Assembly: GCA_902790905.1 (NCBI GenBank)
Contig: CADATO010000007.1
Coordinates: forward strand, 3,734-67,733
Direction: 5' to 3'
DNA length: 64,000 nucleotides
Source: an uncultured Eubacteriales bacterium
Lineage (GTDB): Bacteria; Bacillota; Clostridia; Peptostreptococcales; Anaerovoracaceae
How positions within the stretch are numbered: position 1 is the first letter of the stretch; each line of letters starts with the position of its first letter. The notes beneath the pieces were generated by a model. That model was given only the letters and a program-made list of their open reading frames with translations, searched no databases and was not told the DNA's origin. This document shows, piece after piece, positions 25,001 through 32,166 of this stretch. Made by a program: the position numbers and the translations under genes.

Positions 25001-27957
25001 AGAAAACATTCACGGTTACAGTCGAAGAGAAGCCGCAGATCGATTTCAATGTGGGTGTTACCGTCACCGACCAGAAGAGCGGGGATGCGATTGCCGAACC
25101 GGTGATCACCGTGACCGATGAGTCGGATGACAGCGTTGTGACCCCCAATGAGGATGGCACATACAAGCTCAATGCATTGAAGAAGTATACCGTAGCTGCT
25201 TCTGCCGACGGATACGTCGCCCAGGGTGGTGCCGCGCAGGCAACCAAGACGGGATTCTGTCCCTCCAAGGAGGGTGAGATCGTATCTCTCAAGCTTCTGA
25301 AAGAAAGTGAAGCGTCCCACACCTTGACATTCAGTTTCACCGATCAGTTCGGTGAGGCGGTCGTCAATCCTGCCGTCAAGGTGACGAAATACGGCACAAC
25401 AGAAGAGGTGGCTGCGAACGCAGACGGTTCTTATACGCTGTGGGACAGCGAGGAGTACCGTTACGAGGCCACGGCTGAAGGTTATAAAACCGAGACAGGT
25501 TATCTCAGGCTGACGGAAGACAGTGCTGAAAGTGTCAAGATGAATAAGTACCTGTCCGAGTATAAGGTGACTTATACGATCAGGGATCAGGTCACAGACG
25601 AGGTGATTGAGAACCCCACACTTGTTCTCACGAACAATACGGATGGAACGACCATTCCGCAGAACGAGGACGGCAGCTTCACAGTGCCGGCTGACAAGAG
25701 CATTACGTGCGTTGCCAGCAAAGAAAATTACCAGAGTGAAGAATTCACGACGGTTACAGACTCTAGCATCAATTTCGAGCCTGAGATCAAGTACTCTTTC
25801 TCCCTGGAGCACAGTTACAAATGGCAGCTCGCTGACGAAATCAGTGCTGCGCAGGAGTATGCTGTCGGCATGGTCGAGTCTGACAAACCCGGCGAATGGG
25901 AGACGGGTTCCAAGGCTGCTCTGGAAGCGGCAATCAAAGACGCGCAGACCGCTCACGATAAAGCGGATGCGACGGAAGAGGATTTTGAAGAAGCGCTGAA
26001 GACCTTGAAAGCCGCTGAAAAGGCTGCTGCAAATGCGCAGCACTGGTTTGAGGCGAACGTGACTGTCCGTGTGAACAAGACACCGGGCAAAGAGGCGGAA
26101 CTCTACAAGTTCAAGGTGAGCGGCGAAGCCAGCAAGACCTATAAATATGCGGAACCGGCAAAAGTCGGAAAGCAGGTCTCCTTCATCGACGTGCTCGTTG
26201 CACTGCACGAGGAGATCTACGGAGATGCGTTCAAAGCAGAACCGACCAAGTACTTTGACTCTCAGAACGTTGGCTTCTACTATATTGGAAAGTTGTTCGA
26301 GCTGGGCAACTACTATCAGTTTGCTGTCAATGGCGAAAGCACTGGTAGTTACCAGAACTGCATCGTGAAGGATGGCGATGTGCTCGACGTATCGTTGCTG
26401 CAGAGGACCAATGACATCTTCCTGGCATTCGATCAACTCGAGGCGAAGACTAAGGCTGGCAGCGAATACACCACCACATTGCATGAAGGTGTGTCTGCCC
26501 AGAAACCTGCCGAGGGTTATACCGTTACGTATGCGGATGCGGAAGGACATGAGGTTTCCGGTGTCACCGACGCAGAGGGCAACCTTACCGTTACATTTGA
26601 GTATGATGGTGAATATACCATTAAGAGCGTTGTGACGGAAGACGCATCCAAAACGCTTGTGCAGCCGTATCAGAAAGTCACAGCCGATCAGGCTGCCGAC
26701 TACACAGCAGTAGACAAGGCGATTGCGTCGATCCCCGAGGATCTCAGCCCGTACACCGAAGTGACAGTGCAGGCTGTCAATGATGCGGTTGCAGCAGTTG
26801 ACCGCACGAAGACAGCATCCGATCAGGCTGACGTTGATGAAATGGCGAAGGCAATCGAAGACGCAGTCGCTGCATTGAAGGAACAGCCGGTTAAATTCTC
26901 TTATGATGGACAGGATGTAAGCTTCATCAATAAAGCCGGCTCCCAGTTTGGTATGCTGACTCCTCAGGATGGGACAACTGTCTCAATCAGTGGGAATAAT
27001 GTGGTCATCCATTATGTTCCGAAGAACAAGACGACATATGGAGGATTCAACTGGGGTTCTGTCGATATGCTCAAATATGGCGATGGGACTGTCAATCCGG
27101 GCTACGACGTGGCGTTCAATGATGATGGAACGATGGATCTGACTGTCAGCAAGGACTATTGCGGATATGCGCATCCTATCGCTGTGGTCAAGAGAAGTTT
27201 CTCAAAGAACACATGGACGAGTGCTGATCAGTATTATTTAGCGATTCCCGCACTTAAGTATTTTGATGCGGACTACAGTGCTGTCGAAGCAGCGAAGGCG
27301 AAGGTGCCGGCTGATCTGAGCATCTACACGGATGCAAGTGCACAGGCTGTTGTGAAGGCAGTAGCAGCTGTCATCGGAGGCAAGAAAGCCGATGAGCAGG
27401 CAGCAGTCGATGCAATGGCGCAGGCAATCGAAGACGCCGTTGCAGCTCTGAAAGTAAAAACAGGCTGGCAGCAGGAAGGCGGCAACTGGCATTACTATAG
27501 CAATGGCAGAATGCTGAAAAATGCCTGGGCTAAGGCAAATCAGGGCTGGTGCTGGATGGACGCCAATGGCAATTGGGTAAAGAATCAGTGGGTTCGTAAT
27601 AATGGAACCTGGTATTACATCAAGTCCAGCGGCTATATGGCAGCCAATGAATGGGTCAAGTCCGGCGGCAAGTGGTATTACACAAAAGCCAGTGGTGCTA
27701 TGGCAGCCAATGAATGGGTCAAGTCCGGCGGCAAGTGGTACTACGTAAAAACAAGCGGCGTTATGGCGGCGAATGAATGGGTTAAATCCGGCAGCCAGTG
27801 GTATTACATGAAAGCCAATGGCAGCATGGCAGCTGGTGAGTGGATCAAACCCGACGGAAACTGGTATTACTTGAAGTCAAACGGCGCCATGGCGACCGGA
27901 CGGCAGACAATCAACGGAAAGACGTATACATTTAACGCTTCCGGGAAACTGCTCTAA
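22024..27957 (+). CDS. Giant secreted multi-domain cell-surface protein (1977 aa) with C-terminal choline-type cell-wall-binding repeats. The proposed function, not demonstrated, is corrinoid capture.
   Basis: Signal peptide (..LPAFA/DT). Three FIVAR-like helical repeats, a ~265-aa module shared with the 860-aa protein, three PEGA/CarboxypepD_reg-like repeats, a DUF4430/transcobalamin-beta-like segment, and about 8 GW..G.WYY repeats at the C-terminus. It is the first gene after a B12 riboswitch. Confidence 0.9.
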   Translation: MKKGIRRVIVLLLALSMVFTTTGLPAFADTSASGGAVATVQGTEDATLESVLERIGALSNDPRNFTADDQESIEALFADYNALSAEDQATVDNTFQHPSGDGQSYGRILEAALWTVRSFNTDTSTTLANGTYTTTTERAVSSVSDKGKSDSSRTRNWWVESVVVENGQAKAYIYVTSGAATASKLTSYPSVWIGGKSVERDENNNYEIPVDLNGRTYFGGVSSSMPRPIMYALDTTIEEPAAEEDADYSVVDAAIAAIPADLSIYTDESVQALNAAVDAVVRGKKASEQDAVDAMAAAINAAIAALEEKTPAPSDETVYTGDDIEFSHTGKDFELVACDKVIVSDTGAVAEIKLQFPDQIGIERIAQTTKEPTDTSHDLQFKSDSQKIATVMVPVTLGEETSLYALDDEFGEWWNTKITVNVTAQQPDTPEVTELEIENEQAMFKAVSASLETYSDGSRVLVFALSSTGYIGLYKGTYPEAVQDKDAIVAALEANESTDKTIVYQKNADGKYEFRIPLDEGQTYIPLISVSARGFQNRATQPIEEKGFYARQIELRNDGTKMWLGDYNETTEFTLSTELEDFKAETAVSTTIKGGPVNNNYSVVPTITMLDGTYDSVTYPSVVNNAVSTKTAALEDGKFVINMENAPNKKAFQDKTPLTFTFHVAEDAPYAEAGTDVERTVTFDQIAKTVTVEGTALTPKTEPVLADGTYTATKVSTDVTTDASGMIMVTKATVVIKDGQATAIVTMKGTGADRLYISDTATKDTIISEAVAEEAKEIDGQFSNLIGCYNMEGESAYSFWPIPIELGTPKIYAARSASHFNKWDTPREKYFYVHDFQIDAADLVRVSDSTDIMSPEIDAEVLVNQFYVNNGISSNHAGVIKAKNANVTVPYYDGDTKISSFNFKRPDASEYVSGWFIDNDGLNMLTSNSKKKVRYPGFTSAFSMSSTKRDAGGTFTATLKLYPAGTNYYEYDASGVHYYTDSDHTTPAEPVFEKTFTVTVEEKPQIDFNVGVTVTDQKSGDAIAEPVITVTDESDDSVVTPNEDGTYKLNALKKYTVAASADGYVAQGGAAQATKTGFCPSKEGEIVSLKLLKESEASHTLTFSFTDQFGEAVVNPAVKVTKYGTTEEVAANADGSYTLWDSEEYRYEATAEGYKTETGYLRLTEDSAESVKMNKYLSEYKVTYTIRDQVTDEVIENPTLVLTNNTDGTTIPQNEDGSFTVPADKSITCVASKENYQSEEFTTVTDSSINFEPEIKYSFSLEHSYKWQLADEISAAQEYAVGMVESDKPGEWETGSKAALEAAIKDAQTAHDKADATEEDFEEALKTLKAAEKAAANAQHWFEANVTVRVNKTPGKEAELYKFKVSGEASKTYKYAEPAKVGKQVSFIDVLVALHEEIYGDAFKAEPTKYFDSQNVGFYYIGKLFELGNYYQFAVNGESTGSYQNCIVKDGDVLDVSLLQRTNDIFLAFDQLEAKTKAGSEYTTTLHEGVSAQKPAEGYTVTYADAEGHEVSGVTDAEGNLTVTFEYDGEYTIKSVVTEDASKTLVQPYQKVTADQAADYTAVDKAIASIPEDLSPYTEVTVQAVNDAVAAVDRTKTASDQADVDEMAKAIEDAVAALKEQPVKFSYDGQDVSFINKAGSQFGMLTPQDGTTVSISGNNVVIHYVPKNKTTYGGFNWGSVDMLKYGDGTVNPGYDVAFNDDGTMDLTVSKDYCGYAHPIAVVKRSFSKNTWTSADQYYLAIPALKYFDADYSAVEAAKAKVPADLSIYTDASAQAVVKAVAAVIGGKKADEQAAVDAMAQAIEDAVAALKVKTGWQQEGGNWHYYSNGRMLKNAWAKANQGWCWMDANGNWVKNQWVRNNGTWYYIKSSGYMAANEWVKSGGKWYYTKASGAMAANEWVKSGGKWYYVKTSGVMAANEWVKSGSQWYYMKANGSMAAGEWIKPDGNWYYLKSNGAMATGRQTINGKTYTFNASGKLL
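27463..27954 (+). repeat. About 8 tandem ~60-nt coding repeats encoding cell-wall-binding (CW_binding_1 / choline-binding-type) repeats
   Basis: Repeated peptide G(Y/A/V)MAANEWVKSGGKWYY(T/V)K.SG. Two units share a near-identical stretch gcagccaatgaatgggtcaagtccggcggcaagtggta. Confidence 0.85.
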
Positions 27958-27971
27958 CTGTTAGAAATGTG

Positions 27972-27997
27972 CAGGAGGCCGGCAATCCGGTCTCCTG
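27972..27997 (+). terminator. Stable hairpin after the giant gene; the T-tract is weak, so termination may be partial
   Basis: 11-bp stem caggaggccgg/ccggtctcctg with a 4-nt loop. No clear U-run follows it. Confidence 0.45.
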
Positions 27998-28005
27998 TCA
28001 CTACG

Positions 28006-28034
28006 TTGACATGAACTTGAAAGATTGATATATT
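28006..28034 (+). promoter_or_regulatory. SigA-type promoter with extended -10, driving riboswitch 2
   Basis: TTGACA (28006-28011), 17-nt spacer containing TGa, TATATT (28029-28034). The architecture is the same as the promoter at 21607. Confidence 0.65.
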
Positions 28035-28053
28035 TTTGGCGTATGACTAACTC

Positions 28054-28239
28054 CTTTGCAGTGCGGACGGTCTCCGTCCAGTAATAGGGAACCAGGTGCA
28101 AGTCCTGGACGATCCGGTCACTGTGAACAGGGAGTGCCCCTGAAAATACCATTGGACAAAGCTGCCGCTTTATGCGGCGGATTGTCTGAGAAGGTTCGGG
28201 GAGTGCTTTGATCTGTAAGTCAGGAAACCTGCTGCAAAG
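28054..28239 (+). promoter_or_regulatory. Cobalamin (B12) riboswitch aptamer, copy 2
   Basis: P1 is ctttgcag (28054-28061) pairing with ctgcaaag (28232-28239). Core AATAGGGAACCAGGTGCAAGTCCTGG..CCGGTCACTGTGAA. B12 box AAGTCAGGAAACCTGC. It is highly similar to copy 1. Confidence 0.85.
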
Positions 28240-28308
28240 AAGGATTGGAATCGCTTCCGCAGAAAGCAAGCCCAATGATACAATGCAAGTCATTGATTAA
28301 TGTGAGGG

Positions 28309-28346
28309 ACCCTGCTTTCTGTCATTCAGAATAGAAGGGTTTTTTC
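28309..28346 (+). terminator. Riboswitch 2 expression-platform terminator
   Basis: Bulged ~12-bp stem accctgctttctg / cagaatagaagggt followed by TTTTTT. agaaagca at 28261-28268 could pair with tgctttct (28313-28320) as an antiterminator. Confidence 0.65.
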
Positions 28347-28366
28347 ATAAAGGGGGATAGCTAGAC

Positions 28367-30949
28367 GTGAATAATCATTGTTACAAAAGAATTGCTGCTG
28401 TGTTCTTAGCCATCGCCATGGTCATGACACAGAGTCTTTTTGTGTTTGCTGATACGGATCCGGCTGCATCCGCACAGGAAGACAACACGCAGGTCACAGA
28501 ACCGGTCGTCGAGGAAACCGTTGCGGAAGAAGAGCCGGTTGTTCCCGAGACCGTGCCGGAGGAGACAGAAACACCTGCCGAAGAATCCGCAGAGCCCGCA
28601 GCTGAGGAAGAGACTTCTGCGACTGAAGTTGCCGAAGAAGCTGCGCCTGCAGCGGCGGAGGGGACCGTGGCAGCGGAAGAAAATACGGAATCCGGGAAGG
28701 CGGCTGAAGAGGCAGATCAACCAGCTGCGAAGAAAGCGGACGATACCAATAAAACGGATCTTGAGATCACGAACAAGACCGGGATGTTCAAAGCCGTCAG
28801 CGCGTATCTGATTACGGAGAACGGACAGGAGTACCTGGTGATGGCATTGTCCAGCACCGGCTACCATGAATTGTGCAAGGGCACATACGAACAGGCCGTC
28901 GCTGGCGGTGACGGAAGCAAGGACAAAGGAAATACCTGGGTTCATGGTGAAACGAATAAGGATGGAAAGCTGGAGTTCAAAATCCCGCTCAGTGCGGGCG
29001 AGTCATATGTCCCCTGCGTGGCAGTATCAGCTACATACTATACAAACTATTTGAATGGATGGAACAGCCTGGAAAGAGCTTTCTATCCGAGACAGTTCAC
29101 GATCGACAGAGCGGCGAAGACGCTGGTAACAGGCGATTACGATGAGACAGCCGCCTTTGCGGTCACATCAAACGTTGCAGACTTCAAAGCGGAGGCTGCT
29201 GCCTCGACACATATCGTCGGCGGTCCGAACTCCAACAACTACAATGTCGCACCGGTATTGACGATGCAGGACAACACCTATGATTATGTATTCTATCCGG
29301 CACTCGTCGGCGGTGAGATTGATGAGCTGGGCGGCGAAGCAGGGCTGGAGAATGGGCAGTTCGAGATCTCGCTGTTGAACGCCCCAACTTTGGAAGTGTT
29401 CAAAGATAAAACTCCGATCGAGATGATGTTCCATGTTGCGGCGAATGCGCCTTATGAAGAGGCGGGGGACAGTGTCCTGAGATACGTGACGATCGATAAG
29501 ATGGCAAAGACAATCACCATCACAGGTGACCCGCTGACACCGAAAAAGGAACAGACGGATCCTGCCGATCCATCCAAGCCGGACACCCCGTCCAAACCGG
29601 GCACCCCGTCCAAGCCGGATAAACCTGCAAAACCGGACAAACCTTCCGGCGGGGACAGCTCCCAGACGGATAAGAAGGAATACGCGGATAAGACCGATGG
29701 ACAGACATCGGCTGTCAATGCCAGCACGACACTGAAAGACGGCGAATACACACCGGACTCTTTCAGCTGGTCCGGCGGCACAAACAGAGTCAGCATCTCT
29801 TGTCCGAAGATCACTGTGAGAAACGGGCAGGCATATGCGACGATCGTATTTACCAGTTCGAGTTTCGACCAGCTCAGAGCGAACGGCAGCACGTATTATA
29901 AGCAGGGCGGCGGCAATTCAACATTTGTCATCCCCGTCAACCTCAACGCGAACAACACCATCATCGGCAGAACAACGGCCATGAGCCAGCCGCACTGGAT
30001 TGAGTACACGATCTACGTCGGCAAAGCGGAGTCCGCGGAAGATGCTGCCAAGGTGCAGGCAGCCAAAAAAGAAGCTGCAGAGGCCAAACTCAAGATGAGC
30101 GACACAGCCCCGACCATTATCGGCCTCAAGACCAAGGATGGGAAAGAGGCGAAGAGCGACACCTCGTATGCCAAGTATTTCAAGATCTTTGAATATGAGC
30201 AGGGGGTCAAATTAATCTCCATCGACATTTCGCAGGACACCGAGCTCCACAAGGAGTATACGGAGAATGCGGAAAAGGCGGTTGCGGACAGTGAGAAGGA
30301 AGAAACTGTCGAGTATGATGACGACGGTAATGTCATCACCAAGTCGCCCAACGAATATACAGAAGCACTGTACAAGAACAACATCGTCAATTACCTGCTT
30401 GTCCCGGAAGACTTCGAGGTGCCGGCAGGGCTTGATAAGGAATACATCATTGTAACAGTTCCGGCTGAGAAGACTTTCATGGCCTCCCCGGAAGCGATCA
30501 AGATGATGGAGGACCTGAAGTGTCTGGATGCGGTTTCGCTGCTCGGCATGGATGAAAAGGACGTCAAATCCGAAACGCTTGAAAAAGCACTGAAGGACGA
30601 TACTGTAAAACTTGCCGGTGACCTGGAAAAACCGGACTACCAGAAGGTTGTCAAGGATAAAACAGATCTGGTCATTCTGCCGGGCGATGTGCTGCCGGAA
30701 GAGATCAAGAAGGACGCCAAAGACAAGGATAAACTGACAGAAGAAGCCAAAGAGATGCAGAAAAACCTTGAAAAGCTGGAAAGCCGCTTCACGACTCTTG
30801 ACGCACCGGTCATTATCGACCGCTCCGCACAGGAGAAGGATGAACTGGCGCAGGCGGAATGGATCAAGGTGTATGGCGCACTCTACGGCTGCGAGGAGCA
30901 GGCGGATAAGATCTTTGACGAACTGGTGAAAAAGGCGGATAAGGAATGA
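28367..30949 (+). CDS. Secreted 860-aa multi-domain protein: acidic linker, the module shared with the giant protein, a P/K-rich spacer, a beta-sandwich-like module, and the N-lobe only of a BtuF/FecB-type binding protein. GTG start.
   Basis: Signal peptide (..SLFVFA/DT), E/A/P-rich region, shared module at 28757-29548, DPSKPDTPSKPGTPSKPDKPAKPDKP spacer. The C-terminal ~280 aa align with the first half of the downstream SBPs (APTIIGL.., LLVPEDFEVP, PDY, EWIKVYGALYGCEEQA). It is the first gene after riboswitch 2. Confidence 0.85.
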   Translation: MNNHCYKRIAAVFLAIAMVMTQSLFVFADTDPAASAQEDNTQVTEPVVEETVAEEEPVVPETVPEETETPAEESAEPAAEEETSATEVAEEAAPAAAEGTVAAEENTESGKAAEEADQPAAKKADDTNKTDLEITNKTGMFKAVSAYLITENGQEYLVMALSSTGYHELCKGTYEQAVAGGDGSKDKGNTWVHGETNKDGKLEFKIPLSAGESYVPCVAVSATYYTNYLNGWNSLERAFYPRQFTIDRAAKTLVTGDYDETAAFAVTSNVADFKAEAAASTHIVGGPNSNNYNVAPVLTMQDNTYDYVFYPALVGGEIDELGGEAGLENGQFEISLLNAPTLEVFKDKTPIEMMFHVAANAPYEEAGDSVLRYVTIDKMAKTITITGDPLTPKKEQTDPADPSKPDTPSKPGTPSKPDKPAKPDKPSGGDSSQTDKKEYADKTDGQTSAVNASTTLKDGEYTPDSFSWSGGTNRVSISCPKITVRNGQAYATIVFTSSSFDQLRANGSTYYKQGGGNSTFVIPVNLNANNTIIGRTTAMSQPHWIEYTIYVGKAESAEDAAKVQAAKKEAAEAKLKMSDTAPTIIGLKTKDGKEAKSDTSYAKYFKIFEYEQGVKLISIDISQDTELHKEYTENAEKAVADSEKEETVEYDDDGNVITKSPNEYTEALYKNNIVNYLLVPEDFEVPAGLDKEYIIVTVPAEKTFMASPEAIKMMEDLKCLDAVSLLGMDEKDVKSETLEKALKDDTVKLAGDLEKPDYQKVVKDKTDLVILPGDVLPEEIKKDAKDKDKLTEEAKEMQKNLEKLESRFTTLDAPVIIDRSAQEKDELAQAEWIKVYGALYGCEEQADKIFDELVKKADKE

Positions 30950-32154
30950 GTAGAACAAAAAGAATAATCGCAGCGCTGCTGGTGCTGTGCATGGTACTGT
31001 GTTTCGGCCTGACAGCATGCAGCAGCGATGGCACGGACTCCTCTGCAGCGGTTCCGGAAGGATCTGCCGCATCTGCGGATCCGACACAGACAGATATGAC
31101 TTCCGCACCGGAGATCGAAGGGCTGACCTTCGAGTCGGAGCTGGAACGGGAGTATGCGACCCAGTTCAATGTGTTCCGCTACGAAGGCGGCTACAAGTAC
31201 TTCCACATCGTGGACGGCGACGACTTCCTGCTGGTCCCGGAGGATGGAGACGTGCCGGAAGATCTGCCGGAGGATGTAACGGTCCTGCAGGCGCCGGTCG
31301 AGAACATTTATCTGGCGGCAACTGCACAGATGGCGCTTTTCGTCAGCATGGGCGGCGAAGATTCGCTGCGTATGACATCCCTTAAGCAGGATGGCTGGAC
31401 GTTTGACGAGCCGAAAAAACTGCTGGATGACGGCGCGCTTCTCTTTGCCGGCAAATACAGCGAACCCGACTACGAAATGTTGATCGACGAGAACTGCGAG
31501 CTGGCAATTGAGTCAACAATGATATATCATACTCCTGAGGTCAAGGAGATGATCGAAGAGCTGGGCATTCCGGTCCTGGTGGACCATTCCAGCTATGAAA
31601 GCAACCCGCTGGGCCGTATGGAATGGATCAAATTCTACGGGGAACTGATCGGCAAAGAAGAGGAAGCCAAGGCGTTCTACGATGAGCAGAAGGCCAAGGT
31701 GGAAGCACTGGAAGACTTTGAGAATACCGAAAAGACAGTCGCGTTTTTCTACATCTCCACAGACGGCAAGGCGATGGTCAGAAGAGGGGATGACTATATC
31801 CCGGCGATGATCGAGATGGCCGGTGCAAGATACATCTTTAAGGATGTGGATGACGGCTCCGGTAAGCAGACCATCCCGATGACCATGGAAGCTTTCTACG
31901 ACATTGCGAAGGATGCGGACTATATCGTATACAACGCTTCGATCGACAGCTCGGTCAAGACGCTGGACGATCTTCTGGCTAAGGATCCGGTCATCAAGGA
32001 GATGAAAGCGGTCAAAGAAGGGAACTGCTGGTCTTCCGGCGGTGCGATGTATCAGCGGACGGATATTGCCGGTGATATGATCCTGGACTTCCATACGCTG
32101 TTTACTTCGGATGATCCGGAATCCGAGCTGAATTACATCACAAAACTCAAATAG
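30946..32154 (+). CDS. ABC-transporter substrate-binding lipoprotein, Peripla_BP_2 (BtuF/FecB) type, copy 1
   Basis: Lipobox GLTAC, then APEIEGLTF.. and both lobes of a class III SBP (..EWIKFYGELIGKEEEA..). ATGA overlap with the preceding gene. Confidence 0.85.
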   Translation: MSRTKRIIAALLVLCMVLCFGLTACSSDGTDSSAAVPEGSAASADPTQTDMTSAPEIEGLTFESELEREYATQFNVFRYEGGYKYFHIVDGDDFLLVPEDGDVPEDLPEDVTVLQAPVENIYLAATAQMALFVSMGGEDSLRMTSLKQDGWTFDEPKKLLDDGALLFAGKYSEPDYEMLIDENCELAIESTMIYHTPEVKEMIEELGIPVLVDHSSYESNPLGRMEWIKFYGELIGKEEEAKAFYDEQKAKVEALEDFENTEKTVAFFYISTDGKAMVRRGDDYIPAMIEMAGARYIFKDVDDGSGKQTIPMTMEAFYDIAKDADYIVYNASIDSSVKTLDDLLAKDPVIKEMKAVKEGNCWSSGGAMYQRTDIAGDMILDFHTLFTSDDPESELNYITKLK

Positions 32155-32166
32155 TAAAGAAGTATT

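Noticed and set aside
23608-26550. A 980-aa ORF lies antisense to the giant surface-protein gene. Similar very long antisense or overlapping ORFs occur at 3287-5719, 9147-11876, 14636-16417, 16499-18157, 33378-35177, 36442-38412, 41722-43569, 43440-44672, 47985-50165, 50805-53696 and 61790-63586.
   Set aside because: Each one overlaps a CDS on the other strand or frame that has clear family motifs. Their translations are R/H/D/C-rich low-complexity strings with no motifs and no RBS. Stop-poor antisense frames are expected in GC-rich coding DNA.
27463-27954. 60-nt periodic repeats at the 3' end of the giant gene, considered as a possible CRISPR or non-coding array.
   Set aside because: They are in frame and encode about 8 canonical GW..G.WYY wall-binding repeats. 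No unique spacers are present, and the region is continuous with the ORF.
29549-29660. A short-period nucleotide repeat (ccgtccaagccggac.. units) that could be mistaken for a tandem repeat or CRISPR-like array.
   Set aside because: It is in frame inside the 860-aa ORF and encodes a (P/S/T)KPD(K/T)P cell-wall-spanning linker. It has no spacer/repeat organisation.
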